A stretch of DNA of 64,000 nucleotides from an uncultured Bdellovibrionales bacterium (lineage in GTDB: Bacteria > Patescibacteriota > Minisyncoccia > Moranbacterales > UBA1568): positions 50,111 to 114,110 of the forward strand of contig CAZIZG010000002.1 of the NCBI GenBank assembly GCA_964543815.1, written 5' to 3'. Position numbers and translations under genes: made by a program. Of this stretch, positions 10,098-18,894 are shown piece after piece (the first letter of the stretch is position 1; each line of letters starts with the position of its first letter). The notes below the pieces were generated by a model that worked only from the letters and a program-made list of their open reading frames with translations, was not told the DNA's origin and searched no databases.

Positions 10098-12206
10098 TTA
10101 CGCGGGCTTCACATCGCCGGAAGCTGTCCGAGTACCGATAATTTCGGTCGCCACGTTACTGGGGACTTCGGCGTAGTGACCGAATTCCATCGAGTAACTC
10201 GCACGGCCCTGTGACATCGAACGCATCTGGGTAGCGTACCCGAACATTGAGGAGAGTGGCACTTCAGCGTGAATCTCTTTCACCTGAGCAGCTCCTTCAC
10301 CGCGGGCATTCATTTCCTTGATAACACCACGCTTGGACGAAAGATCACCCACGATGTCACCCATAAACTGTTCTGGGGTAATAACTACCACCTTCATAAT
10401 TGGTTCGAGAATCATCGGCTTGGCCTTGCGGCAAGCTTCCTTGAAGGCCATAGAACCAGCAATACGGAAAGCAGCTTCTGAGGAGTCGACATCGTGGTAC
10501 GAACCATCGTACACAGTTGCTTTGATATCCACCATCGGATATCCGGCAAGCACACCCGTGAGCATCGCTTCCTGCACACCTTTATCAATCGGTTTAATAA
10601 ATTCTTGCGGAATAGCACCACCCTTCACTTCATTACCAAATTCGTAGCCCTTACCAACTTCGTTTGGTTCCACCCGAAGCCAACAATGACCGTACTGACC
10701 ACGACCTCCAGACTGCTTGATGTACTTCCCTTCGGATTCCGCTTTACCACGGATAGTTTCACGATAAGCCACTTGCGGACGACCGACATTTACTTCTACT
10801 TTAAATTCCCGACGCATACGATCAACCAAAATATCGAGGTGAAGCTCACCCATACCAGACATAATCGTCTGACCAGTTTCTTCATCAGTATGAACGCGGA
10901 AGGTAGGATCTTCTTCGAGAAGCTTCTTCAGGGCCATACCCATCTTTTCCTGATCTGCCTTGGTTTTTGGTTCAACAGAAATATCAATAACCGGTTCCGG
11001 AAAGGTAATTGACTCAAGAATCACTGGCTTCTCCAAATCACAGAGGGTATTTCCTGTAGTCGTTACTTTCATTCCCACGAGCGCACCGATATCACCGGCG
11101 GAAAGCTCATCGATTTCTTCCCGGTGGTTCGCGTGCATGCGGAGAATACGACCGATGCGTTCTTTTTCATTCTTCGTAGAGTTCAGCACGTACGAACCTG
11201 CTTTGACCGTACCAGAATAAACACGAAAGAATGTCAGTTGACCAACAAATGGATCGGTCGCAATTTTAAACGCCAGTGCTGAGAAAATTTCATCATCGCG
11301 AGTTTCTCGTATTACCTCGGCATCAGTCTTCGGATCCGTTCCCTTAACCGGCGGGATATCAATCGGAGATGGGAGATAGTCCACTACCGCATCAAGCACC
11401 AGTTGAACACCCTTATTCCTAAGTGCCGTCCCAGTCATCACCGGATGAAGTTTCACCGCAATAGTTGCTTTGCGGAGAGCCGCTTTAAGTTCTGCCACGG
11501 AAATCTCTTCGCCATTCAGGTATTTCTCCGTCAAAGCATCATCCGTTTCAGAAATCTTTTCTACCATTTTTTCACGCCATTCTTTAGCCTTATCAGCGTA
11601 TTCTGCTGGAATTTCTCCTTCGATTACCTTTTCACCCATCTCACCATCGAAGGTGTAGGCCTTCATAGTCATGAGATCGATGAGACCGTAGAAATCACCA
11701 CGCAGCCCCATCGGATACTGGATAGCCACCGCGTGCGGAGTCAACCGATTCCAGATAGAAGCAAGTGCCTCTTCGAAAACAGCACCCTCTTTATCAATTT
11801 TGTTGATAAAACACATGCGCGGTACTTCGTATTTCTCCGCCTGACGCCACACGGTTTCAGACTGCGGTTCAACACCCTCCTTCCCGTCAAAGACAACCAC
11901 GCCACCATCAAGCACTCGGAGAGAACGTTCCACTTCAACCGTGAAGTCTACGTGTCCCGGTGTGTCAATGATATTGATATGATGCTCCTTCCAAAAACAA
12001 GTGGTGGCCGCTGACGTGATGGTGATACCGCGCTCCTGTTCCTGCTCCATCCAGTCCATGGTCGCTGTCCCCTCGTGCACCTCACCAATCTTGTGAGTGA
12101 TACCGGTATAAAACAAAATGCGCTCGGTCGTCGTCGTCTTACCGGCGTCGATATGAGCGATAATACCGATGTTACGATACTTGTCGATAGGGGTCTTGCG
12201 AGCCAT
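10098..12206 (-). CDS. fusA: Elongation factor G
   Basis: 702 aa with [12 protein letters not shown] and DTPGHVDF G-domain motifs and EF-G domains IV and V. Confidence 0.97.
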   Translation of the reverse strand: MARKTPIDKYRNIGIIAHIDAGKTTTTERILFYTGITHKIGEVHEGTATMDWMEQEQERGITITSAATTCFWKEHHINIIDTPGHVDFTVEVERSLRVLDGGVVVFDGKEGVEPQSETVWRQAEKYEVPRMCFINKIDKEGAVFEEALASIWNRLTPHAVAIQYPMGLRGDFYGLIDLMTMKAYTFDGEMGEKVIEGEIPAEYADKAKEWREKMVEKISETDDALTEKYLNGEEISVAELKAALRKATIAVKLHPVMTGTALRNKGVQLVLDAVVDYLPSPIDIPPVKGTDPKTDAEVIRETRDDEIFSALAFKIATDPFVGQLTFFRVYSGTVKAGSYVLNSTKNEKERIGRILRMHANHREEIDELSAGDIGALVGMKVTTTGNTLCDLEKPVILESITFPEPVIDISVEPKTKADQEKMGMALKKLLEEDPTFRVHTDEETGQTIMSGMGELHLDILVDRMRREFKVEVNVGRPQVAYRETIRGKAESEGKYIKQSGGRGQYGHCWLRVEPNEVGKGYEFGNEVKGGAIPQEFIKPIDKGVQEAMLTGVLAGYPMVDIKATVYDGSYHDVDSSEAAFRIAGSMAFKEACRKAKPMILEPIMKVVVITPEQFMGDIVGDLSSKRGVIKEMNARGEGAAQVKEIHAEVPLSSMFGYATQMRSMSQGRASYSMEFGHYAEVPSNVATEIIGTRTASGDVKPA

Positions 12207-12260
12207 ACACGTTATGAAAGGAAATTATTTTACTTCAATGATATTTACTTTAGAAAGGAA

Positions 12261-12291
12261 AGAAGAAAGAAAAGTGACTCTTCTTTCTTCT
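12261..12291 (-). promoter_or_regulatory. 11-bp polypurine/polypyrimidine hairpin in the rpsG-fusA spacer
   Basis: AGAAGAAAGAA-aagtgactc-TTCTTTCTTCT, a perfect 11-bp stem followed on the minus strand by a U-rich stretch. Possible attenuator or partial terminator. Confidence 0.4.
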
Positions 12292-12324
12292 CATTCATGA
12301 CAGGAATAGGACATGGGAGAGCCT

Positions 12325-12792
12325 TTAGGCGAAGTGGGCGAAAGCCTTGTTAGCCTCAGCCATTCGGTGGGTCTCATCACGCTTCTTCATAGCGGAACCA
12401 ACCTTATTCGAAGCATCGAGGAGTTCATCAGCCAACTTTTCTGACATAGCCTTCCCCTTCTTGTTGCGACAAGCATCCCTAATCCAACGCATCGCGAGGA
12501 CCTGACGACGCTCACCCGAAACCGGGACCGGGACCTGATAGTTAGCACCACCTACCCGTCGGCTCTTCAGCTGAAGCAGCGGCGACACGTTCTTGATGGC
12601 TTGTTCAAAAGTATTGAGTCCACCCTTCTTGGTGCGCTCGTGAATGATATCGAAAGCATCGTAAATAATCTTTTCAGCCACGCTCTTTTTGCCATTCCAC
12701 ATAATCATCCCAACGAAATGACCAACTAGCGGATTCTCATACAGGGTATCCGGTTTCCACTCGCGGGCAAATTGTCGTTTTCTTCGTGGCAT
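12325..12792 (-). CDS. rpsG: 30S ribosomal protein S7
   Basis: Starts MPRRKRQFAREWKPD and contains YENPLVG…, the S7 signature. Confidence 0.95.
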   Translation of the reverse strand: MPRRKRQFAREWKPDTLYENPLVGHFVGMIMWNGKKSVAEKIIYDAFDIIHERTKKGGLNTFEQAIKNVSPLLQLKSRRVGGANYQVPVPVSGERRQVLAMRWIRDACRNKKGKAMSEKLADELLDASNKVGSAMKKRDETHRMAEANKAFAHFA

Positions 12793-12815
12793 AGCGTCTT
12801 ACAAAAATATCAGTA

Positions 12816-13232
12816 TTAATCCTTCTTCTTCTCCTTCTTGGCCCCGTACTTACTACGACTCTGTTTACGCTGAACACCAGCGGCATCAAAAATACCTCGG
12901 ACAATGTGATAGCGCACACCCGGGAGATCCTTCACACGACCACCACGAATCATGACGATGGAGTGCTCCTGAAGATTGTGTCCCTCACCAGGGATATAGG
13001 CAGTCACTTCCATACCGTTAGTCAGACGCACACGGGCAATCTTACGGAGAGCAGAGTTTGGCTTCTTGGGAGTCGTAGTCGAAACCTTGATACAAACACC
13101 GCGCTTAAAAGGACTGTCGTGAAAGGTGTTGCGATTCTTAACAGTGTTGATGGAGTACATCATGGCCGGAGACTTCGACTTTTTGGCCGAAGAGCTGCGG
13201 GGACGCTTGATAAGCTGGTTGATCGTGGACAC
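12816..13232 (-). CDS. rpsL: 30S ribosomal protein S12 (GTG start)
   Basis: Starts (M)[13 protein letters not shown] and contains [10 protein letters not shown]…, conserved in S12. Confidence 0.95.
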   Translation of the reverse strand: MSTINQLIKRPRSSSAKKSKSPAMMYSINTVKNRNTFHDSPFKRGVCIKVSTTTPKKPNSALRKIARVRLTNGMEVTAYIPGEGHNLQEHSIVMIRGGRVKDLPGVRYHIVRGIFDAAGVQRKQSRSKYGAKKEKKKD

Positions 13233-13326
13233 AGTGATGGAATTTAGTGCCGCCAGAGCGGTCGGATTTAGTAACAGAAATACAGTCTAGAAAAAACAGG
13301 AAAACTCGTAGCTTTCCGTAGTGCCT

Positions 13327-13356
13327 ATACTACCCTACAGTGCGCCATTCTGTCAA
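13327..13356 (-). promoter_or_regulatory. Sigma70-type promoter for the rpsL-rpsG-fusA operon (TTGACA-18nt-TAGTAT)
   Basis: Minus strand reads TTGACAgaatggcgcactgtagggTAGTAT, about 95 nt upstream of the rpsL start. Confidence 0.55.
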
Positions 13357-13379
13357 TACTGGGGAACAAAACAGAGTTC

Positions 13380-13435
13380 ACCCTGTGAAATTCCGCCAGA
13401 GGCGAATACTTCGTATCGCGAAGATTTCACAGGGT
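13380..13435. repeat. Palindromic element copy 1: 12-bp perfect inverted repeat ACCCTGTGAAAT…ATTTCACAGGGT with a ~32-nt structured spacer
   Basis: Arms at 13380-13391 and 13424-13435. The right arm contains the TGA stop of the S2P gene. Related copies occur at 25986-26040, 22874-22889 and 14651-14667. Confidence 0.6.
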
Positions 13436-14149
13436 AAACCACAAAAACATCCCTAGAACGGAATTGATAAGGTAACCTATCGGTGCCGAAAAGAAGAATA
13501 TCACGAAAATAAGAAGGAAAAGCCCATACTGCTCGAGCATGAGAATAGTCCGCTCAGAAAGAGGCAGAAGCGTATACAGAATTTTGGATCCATCAAGCGG
13601 TGGAATAGGAAGGAGGTTGAAGCAGGCTAGTACGACATTCCAGAAAATCACCAAAAGAAGAAGTCCGTAGAAAATACTAGGGAACGATCCGGAAAGCGCA
13701 TCAGCCAACAATCTAAAACGCTCCATAAATTCCCCTCGTCCCCCGATAACACCAATAAAGCGACCGAGAATATCTTGTTTCGCCAAAAGGGTCAACGGGA
13801 GAAGATACGCAATAAGTGCGGCGCCAGATGCCAAGAGAAGATTGGAGGCAGGGCCAGCAAGCGCCACCCACGTCGGGCCCCATTTCTGATCTCTTAGGTT
13901 ATATGGGTTGTACGGTACTGGTTTGGCCCACCCAAAAGCAAATCCCGTCGTCACAAAGAGAAGTACCGGGAGCACAATCGAACCAAAGGGATCAATGTGC
14001 TTCATAGGATTCAAATTCAGTCGACCCGCATACTTGGCAGTTAAGTCCCCAAGCCACAAGGCCATCACCCCATGTGACACCTCATGAATAATGACCGAGT
14101 AAATAAGGGTAAGAAGATAAAAGCCGACCAAAACAATTTCGTGTGCCAT
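13427..14149 (-). CDS. Site-2 protease family zinc metallopeptidase (M50), polytopic membrane protein
   Basis: HEVSHG (HExxH) within a TM helix, multiple hydrophobic segments, 240 aa. Confidence 0.8.
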   Translation of the reverse strand: MAHEIVLVGFYLLTLIYSVIIHEVSHGVMALWLGDLTAKYAGRLNLNPMKHIDPFGSIVLPVLLFVTTGFAFGWAKPVPYNPYNLRDQKWGPTWVALAGPASNLLLASGAALIAYLLPLTLLAKQDILGRFIGVIGGRGEFMERFRLLADALSGSFPSIFYGLLLLVIFWNVVLACFNLLPIPPLDGSKILYTLLPLSERTILMLEQYGLFLLIFVIFFFSAPIGYLINSVLGMFLWFTL

Positions 14150-14477
14150 AATTTTCAGAATTCATACGGTTAACTCCAAAACATCCCAGAAGCACTCTTG
14201 CCAAAGAGATACGAATATGATACCGTACCCAAAGTAATATCTCAACCCGCCAGGAGCGCCAAGCGCTTGTCCATGGCAGGAAACCCTAAGTGATATCCTA
14301 TGAGCCGAACTTGTGATTTGACCGGCCGCGGAACCCGCACTGGTAATAAAATCAGTCACTCCAAGCGCCATACCCGTCGTACCTTCGCGGTCAATATTCA
14401 GACCAAGCGTATCGGGGGCATGAAGCTTAAGCTGGCTGCCAAAACGCTCCGCACGCTCGCCAAGAGCACGGCCTAGC

Positions 14478-14518
14478 AAAAAACTAAAAACACCCCCTAT
14501 GAGGGGGTGTTTTTTTCT
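14478..14518 (-). terminator. Intrinsic terminator downstream of tRNA-Pro (bidirectional-looking)
   Basis: Stem CACCCCCT-ATGA-GGGGGTG (plus-strand 14491-14509) flanked by A and T runs. On the minus strand the hairpin is followed by TTTTTAGTTTTTT. Confidence 0.65.
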
Positions 14519-14592
14519 TGTCGGGCTGCCGGGAATCGAACCCGGCCTACATCCACCCCATGGACGCGTACTGCCGATATACTACAGCCCGC
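14519..14592 (-). tRNA. tRNA-Pro (anticodon GGG); CCA not encoded
   Basis: The reverse complement folds as a cloverleaf: T-arm CCGGG-TTCGATT-CCCGG, anticodon arm CGTCC-AUGGGGU-GGATG (U33, GGG, G37), D-arm GTAT/GTAC, and a 7-bp acceptor stem CGGGCTG/CAGCCCG. The exact 5' end is uncertain because there is an extra G upstream. Confidence 0.72.
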
Positions 14593-14620
14593 ATTTGCTT
14601 ATTGAAACAGAAATTTTTAC

Positions 14621-14653
14621 AAATGAAAAGAGGCACCAGTTGGGTGGTGCCCC
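14621..14653 (-). terminator. Intrinsic terminator immediately upstream of tRNA-Pro
   Basis: Minus strand reads GGCACCA-cccaac-UGGUGCC followed by UCUUUUCAUUU. This implies a minus-strand transcript ends here. Confidence 0.55.
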
Positions 14654-15200
14654 TGTGTGATGCCGGACGTTGCCGACTAGTGCTGGATGTTCCAGTTGGT
14701 AATTGAGGTGTCGTCGGGATCGAGCACGAAACGCGCCGCGGGTCTCGTGACAAGCGGAGATGTGGAGGCAACTGGGATAGCCACCCCTTCCTTTTTCTCC
14801 TCTTGGTCCTTCAGTGGTAGCTCGCCTTGGCCGAGGTTACCCTCGGAATTTTGATCAGGCATGTTTGCCTCCTACGTGTGGTAGCGCTTCACCACGGTTG
14901 GCCGACGGGAATCGCCTACGTGGTAACAGAGTTCGATCTGAGCCTGTCCGGAGCGCGGACGCTGAGGCGAAGGGATTGCCCCCGAATTCCGCGTGACGCG
15001 GTCAAGGCCAGTGCGTGATGCCATCCCTGGCATCTGAGATTTCTTGTCGGGCACGAATGTGCCTCCTCAGTTTTAAAACAACTCCACCCGCAAACGAAAT
15101 GCGGGAACCACTTTGGAGCGCGTTTGATGAACGTGCCCCGATAGACATCAGGAGTTTGTGGCTCTCTGATACGCAGCATTATACGCCGCTTTTCCTACTT
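14654..15200 (-). other. Unassigned GC-rich non-coding segment; candidate structured RNA or foreign-DNA remnant (not identified)
   Basis: About 550 nt with no credible ORF. It is GC-richer than the flanking DNA and bounded by intrinsic terminators. The minus strand carries several stable hairpins, two with GNRA tetraloops (CCGAGG-GUAA-CCUCGG near 14835-14850; GAUGCCA-GGGA-UGGCAUC near 15015-15032). Confidence 0.25.
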
Positions 15201-15258
15201 TGTCAACCCTCAAAAAAGCCCTTCTTTTGAGGGAAAAATTCGTATAGAAAAGATACAT

Positions 15259-15298
15259 AAAGAGACTCCCGAGAGAGTCTCTTTATTTTTTATCAGGC
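15259..15298. terminator. Bidirectional intrinsic terminator downstream of ndk
   Basis: Stem AAAGAGACTC-ccgaga-GAGTCTCTTT with a T-run on the plus strand and an A-run upstream. A second hairpin, CCCTCAAAA…TTTTGAGGG, lies at 15207-15235. Confidence 0.55.
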
Positions 15299-15305
15299 TG
15301 TATTT

Positions 15306-15914
15306 CTACTCAAGAATACCGTCGAGGTTTACATCGTAGAGCACCTGCTCCTGTACCAAGCGGTAAGAAATGATATCAGTTGGCTCAAACCAAATCGGGA
15401 TTTCACGTTGAGCCTCCTCCGGACTATCGGAACAGTGAATGAGGTTACGAACCGCCCGATTATCGATACTGGAAAGAGCGTAGGAATCCACCGTCAAATC
15501 ACCACGAATGGTTCCAACATCGGAAGTGGTTGGCTCGGTACCGCCGACAAGTTTTTTAACGATTGCCACTGACTGATTCCCCTCGATAACAGCGGCCAAT
15601 ACTGGGCCAGAAGTAAAAAAATCAACGTTTGATTGGATAATATCTTTGCCATATTCCTTGGCCTCTTTCTCGATTGGCAATCCTTGAGCCGTACGATCAT
15701 CAACGATACGGGTACCTTTTTTCATGAACCACTCATCATCCTTGTTGTAGTGCTTCCAGCACTGATCAGCTTTTGGCAAAAGAAATTTTACGGCCACAAA
15801 CTTGAGTCCAGTGCGCTCAATGCGCCTGAGAATCTCGCCCATAAGTGAACGCTGAATGCCATCAGGCTTCACAATTACTAGGGTCTGTTCTTTCTTCGGG
15901 TGTGCTGCTGCCAT
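15306..15914 (-). CDS. ndk: Nucleoside diphosphate kinase (unusually long, 202 aa)
   Basis: Contains LVIVKPDGIQRSLMGEILRRIERTGL and NLIHCSD (active-site His). About 50 aa of insertion and extension relative to the usual ~140-aa NDK. Confidence 0.85.
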   Translation of the reverse strand: MAAAHPKKEQTLVIVKPDGIQRSLMGEILRRIERTGLKFVAVKFLLPKADQCWKHYNKDDEWFMKKGTRIVDDRTAQGLPIEKEAKEYGKDIIQSNVDFFTSGPVLAAVIEGNQSVAIVKKLVGGTEPTTSDVGTIRGDLTVDSYALSSIDNRAVRNLIHCSDSPEEAQREIPIWFEPTDIISYRLVQEQVLYDVNLDGILE

Positions 15915-16043
15915 ACGATTCTTCTCAAAAACTTAGCTCACAATTTATTATGACACGGAAATTTCTTTCGCGCAATACCATCGGCTTTATTCCGTATCGG
16001 CGCAAGTATATCAGCGCCAAGACGAATTGGCAAGACTCAGAAA

Positions 16044-16892
16044 TTACTGTGCGAAAGCACAGACCATATCCTGACACTGATAAACAATATCTCCTTCCTC
16101 ATCAGTCCGATGAATAGTAATCCCCGCCTGTCGTAATCGGTCAACTACTTCTGGCGCTGGATGCCCATAATTGTTTTTACCCACTGAAATAATAGCCTCT
16201 TTCGGATGGATAAGTTTGAGCCAGGCTTCGCTCGTCGAGTACTTAGAGCCATGGTGCGCCGCCTTGAGCACCGTAACAGGCATTTCCTCTGGCAGCACCG
16301 TTTCCTCGTGTGGCAAATCCCCCGTCAACAAAAAACTGGTCTCGCCATAGACGAAGCGTGCTACAATACTCCCTTCATTGGTATTACTGTTGGATAACTC
16401 TTTAGAGAGTGGTGAAAGCGGATACTCAATCGTCAGCGTTCCCCCCTGTGGCAAGGTAAGAGTCGCTCCTCGAAAGACCGTCGTGGCCTCACCTCCAGTC
16501 GCGCGCACTGTTGCCTCATGAAAGAGCTGTGAGGTCTCAGTTTCACTTTCAGCACCGCTGGTCAATACATGCTTCACGTGATAGGTATCAAGAAGCATCG
16601 GCAAGCCACCAATATGGTCCGCGTCCGGATGGGTCGCCACCACAAATTCAATAGTACGGTCCCAAAAAGGCACGTGCCGCCCAATTCGGGCTAAGAGCTC
16701 TTTGCCGGTTCGTCCTCCATCAATGAGAATTTGAACACCGCCCTGAGAAATAAGGATGGCGTCACCCTGACCAATATTGAGAAAAGTAACGCTCGTTTGT
16801 TGCTCGAGGAGTGACAAGTGCCACAGGAGTAGCCCGCCCATTACCACAATCAGACCTATGATGAGCAATCCCAGTTTATACCCGGATTTCAT
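16044..16892 (-). CDS. ComEC/Rec2 C-terminal metallo-beta-lactamase domain protein (TM helix plus MBL fold)
   Basis: HPDADH metal-binding motif and an N-terminal TM helix. Overlaps the upstream ComEC membrane ORF by 17 nt in a different frame. Confidence 0.8.
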   Translation of the reverse strand: MKSGYKLGLLIIGLIVVMGGLLLWHLSLLEQQTSVTFLNIGQGDAILISQGGVQILIDGGRTGKELLARIGRHVPFWDRTIEFVVATHPDADHIGGLPMLLDTYHVKHVLTSGAESETETSQLFHEATVRATGGEATTVFRGATLTLPQGGTLTIEYPLSPLSKELSNSNTNEGSIVARFVYGETSFLLTGDLPHEETVLPEEMPVTVLKAAHHGSKYSTSEAWLKLIHPKEAIISVGKNNYGHPAPEVVDRLRQAGITIHRTDEEGDIVYQCQDMVCAFAQ

Positions 16893-18351
16893 AAATGTAT
16901 CGTGGAAAAATTCGTCCCACCACTAGAATACACAGGAAAAGACAAGCGTACCAGACGAGAAATGCCGTGAAACCAAAGTGAGCAACCGTAATACTGGTGC
17001 CAGGGATATTACCCAACCATTCAACCGTACGGGTCATAATCGTAAGAATCAGGTAGGCAAGTGTCGCCAAGAAAACGTGTGTCCCTGGCCAAAGGAGATA
17101 GAGAAAAGCCGATCCAAAGGCTGTAGTCATCGCAAAAGGCACAAGAAGCACCAGGAAATTTCCCACCACAATGAGGGGTGAAAATGCCTGAAAAGACAAG
17201 AGGATAATCGGGAGAACAAAGATCTCCACCGAAAGCGTCATAAGCACTACCTCACCCACCTGCTTCAGTACCGCCCGCTTCGAACACAGACGCCCCTGAT
17301 AGGGAGCAATAAAAAGAATGCCAAGCGTGGCGAGGAACGATAATTGAAACCCTACATCGTATCGGAGCAGAAGCGGATTATGGACAAGCATGATTACTCC
17401 AGCAAGCAGAAGTGCGTTCACTGGCTGCGCCAGACGTCCGGTTTGGAACGCGATAAAGACGATACTCGCCATAGCTCCAGCTCGAGCCGCTGAGGCAGGC
17501 ATACCAATCATAATAATGAAACAGACAATTCCAATCAGCGCTGTCCAGATAGCGTGGCGCCGCCACAACCCCAGAAAAAGTCCGAGAGAAAGGAGAAGTT
17601 CCGCGATGATGGTAATGTTGTAACCTGAAACGGCAATCATGTGGGAGAGGCCGATACGCGTGAAACTCTCCTTCAGTTCCTGTGGTAGATACCCATCGCC
17701 ACCAAGGAGGAGTCCCTTGGCTAAACCGGCTTCAGGCTCTGAGAGTACTTGTGCGAGCGCTTGCTCTAACCACTGTTTCGGCTGATAAAAATACCCCATT
17801 GCTCGCCCGATATTGTCAGGTGGCAAAAATGCGACTGACTGAGCCAGAGGACATAGATAGCCAATTCCCTCTTTGGCCAGATACATGCGGTAGTCAAAAT
17901 CGGAATCAAAATTCTTGGGCAATTCCAGAGTACACTGGAATAAAAGCACGTCACCCGCTTCAAAACGGGAGCCAAGTGGCGCCTGCCACAACACGGCGAC
18001 CGTCGGACAAACTTGATTCTCGCACTCAGTATAACGGACAATTGTACGCCGATAAAAATCTCGATCCTCCGGATCATTCACTATCCGAACCACACCAATC
18101 ACTAGAGTCGAAGGTACTGAAAGTTTCTGGTATTCTTCGCTACGCACGAAAGCAAGCCATGCTCCTATCCCAAACGCAGCTACTAACACAACAAGTGACA
18201 GCGCCGTCTTGAATTGGAAAGCCACCCACAGAGAAAACAATAGAGCGGCAACAAGAAGGAGAAACGACATGCCCTTCAATCCAAAAGAACCAGCCAAAAT
18301 CCCAGCAACGAATGATAGTAACGTAAAGAAGAATACTCGCTCTTTCTCCAT
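16876..18351 (-). CDS. ComEC/Rec2 N-terminal polytopic membrane (competence channel) domain protein
   Basis: 491 aa with at least 10 hydrophobic helices, in a competence-domain-like arrangement. Together with 16044..16892 it equals a full-length ComEC. Confidence 0.8.
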   Translation of the reverse strand: MEKERVFFFTLLSFVAGILAGSFGLKGMSFLLLVAALLFSLWVAFQFKTALSLVVLVAAFGIGAWLAFVRSEEYQKLSVPSTLVIGVVRIVNDPEDRDFYRRTIVRYTECENQVCPTVAVLWQAPLGSRFEAGDVLLFQCTLELPKNFDSDFDYRMYLAKEGIGYLCPLAQSVAFLPPDNIGRAMGYFYQPKQWLEQALAQVLSEPEAGLAKGLLLGGDGYLPQELKESFTRIGLSHMIAVSGYNITIIAELLLSLGLFLGLWRRHAIWTALIGIVCFIIMIGMPASAARAGAMASIVFIAFQTGRLAQPVNALLLAGVIMLVHNPLLLRYDVGFQLSFLATLGILFIAPYQGRLCSKRAVLKQVGEVVLMTLSVEIFVLPIILLSFQAFSPLIVVGNFLVLLVPFAMTTAFGSAFLYLLWPGTHVFLATLAYLILTIMTRTVEWLGNIPGTSITVAHFGFTAFLVWYACLFLCILVVGRIFPRYIYEIRV

Positions 18352-18389
18352 ACCAGTTGACCAACGATTACGCTGCTCGCCACGTAACC

Positions 18390-18836
18390 CTATTTCAACT
18401 TTTCGAGAGCCTTAAGGAAACTCCTGGCACTCCCAAATGACTTGTACACAGAAGCGAAGCGGATATAAGCCACCTCATCAACATTCTTTAACTTTTCCAT
18501 AATGAGGGTACCGATTTCTCGGCTCGGAATTTCTGAAACCTGTTTTTCGTGAAGTACATATTCAATTTCCCCTAAAATCTTTTCAATTTTTTCTTCGGCC
18601 AGAGGACGCTTTTCAAATGCTCGACGTAGACCCTTCTCAATCTTAGTCTTGTCATACTCCTCCTTGTGACCATCTTTCTTGACGATGAGTAATCGAAAAA
18701 TCTCTACTTCTTCATAGGTACTGAAGCGAGCCGCACACTTCTCACATTCACGCCGACGCCGAATAGCCCGTCCCTCTTGGGTTTCGCGGGAATCAACAAC
18801 GCGGGTATCAGGATGACCACAAAAAGGGCAAAGCAT
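18390..18836 (-). CDS. nrdR: Transcriptional repressor NrdR
   Basis: Starts MLCPFCGHPDTRVVDSRE (zinc ribbon) and carries an ATP-cone, 148 aa. Confidence 0.9.
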   Translation of the reverse strand: MLCPFCGHPDTRVVDSRETQEGRAIRRRRECEKCAARFSTYEEVEIFRLLIVKKDGHKEEYDKTKIEKGLRRAFEKRPLAEEKIEKILGEIEYVLHEKQVSEIPSREIGTLIMEKLKNVDEVAYIRFASVYKSFGSARSFLKALEKLK

Positions 18837-18894
18837 AGGTTAATCAGTTATCTAGAGCATAGCAGAATCGCAGGAAAAAAGGCAAAAATACTGC

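Noticed and set aside
14162-14479. 105-aa ORF on the minus strand between the S2P gene and tRNA-Pro
   Set aside because: It begins at a TTG located inside the loop and T-run of the tRNA terminator hairpin. It has no SD and no recognisable family. More likely non-coding (see finding 14160-15200).
14519-14592. tRNA-His interpretation based on an extra 5' G (G-1)
   Set aside because: The anticodon loop reads AUGGGGU with GGG at 34-36 (Pro), not GUG, and the discriminator is A. The extra G is more likely just upstream flanking sequence. tRNAscan-SE should fix the boundary.
14654-15200. Attempt to call RNase P RNA, tmRNA or SRP RNA in the GC-rich segment next to tRNA-Pro
   Set aside because: I could not find the P4 strands (GGAAAGUCCGGGC / ACAGAANCCGGCUUA), a tmRNA tRNA-like 3' end with CCA, a tag-peptide frame, or the SRP GGAAGCAGCCA motif on either strand. 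It is kept only as an unassigned structured region.
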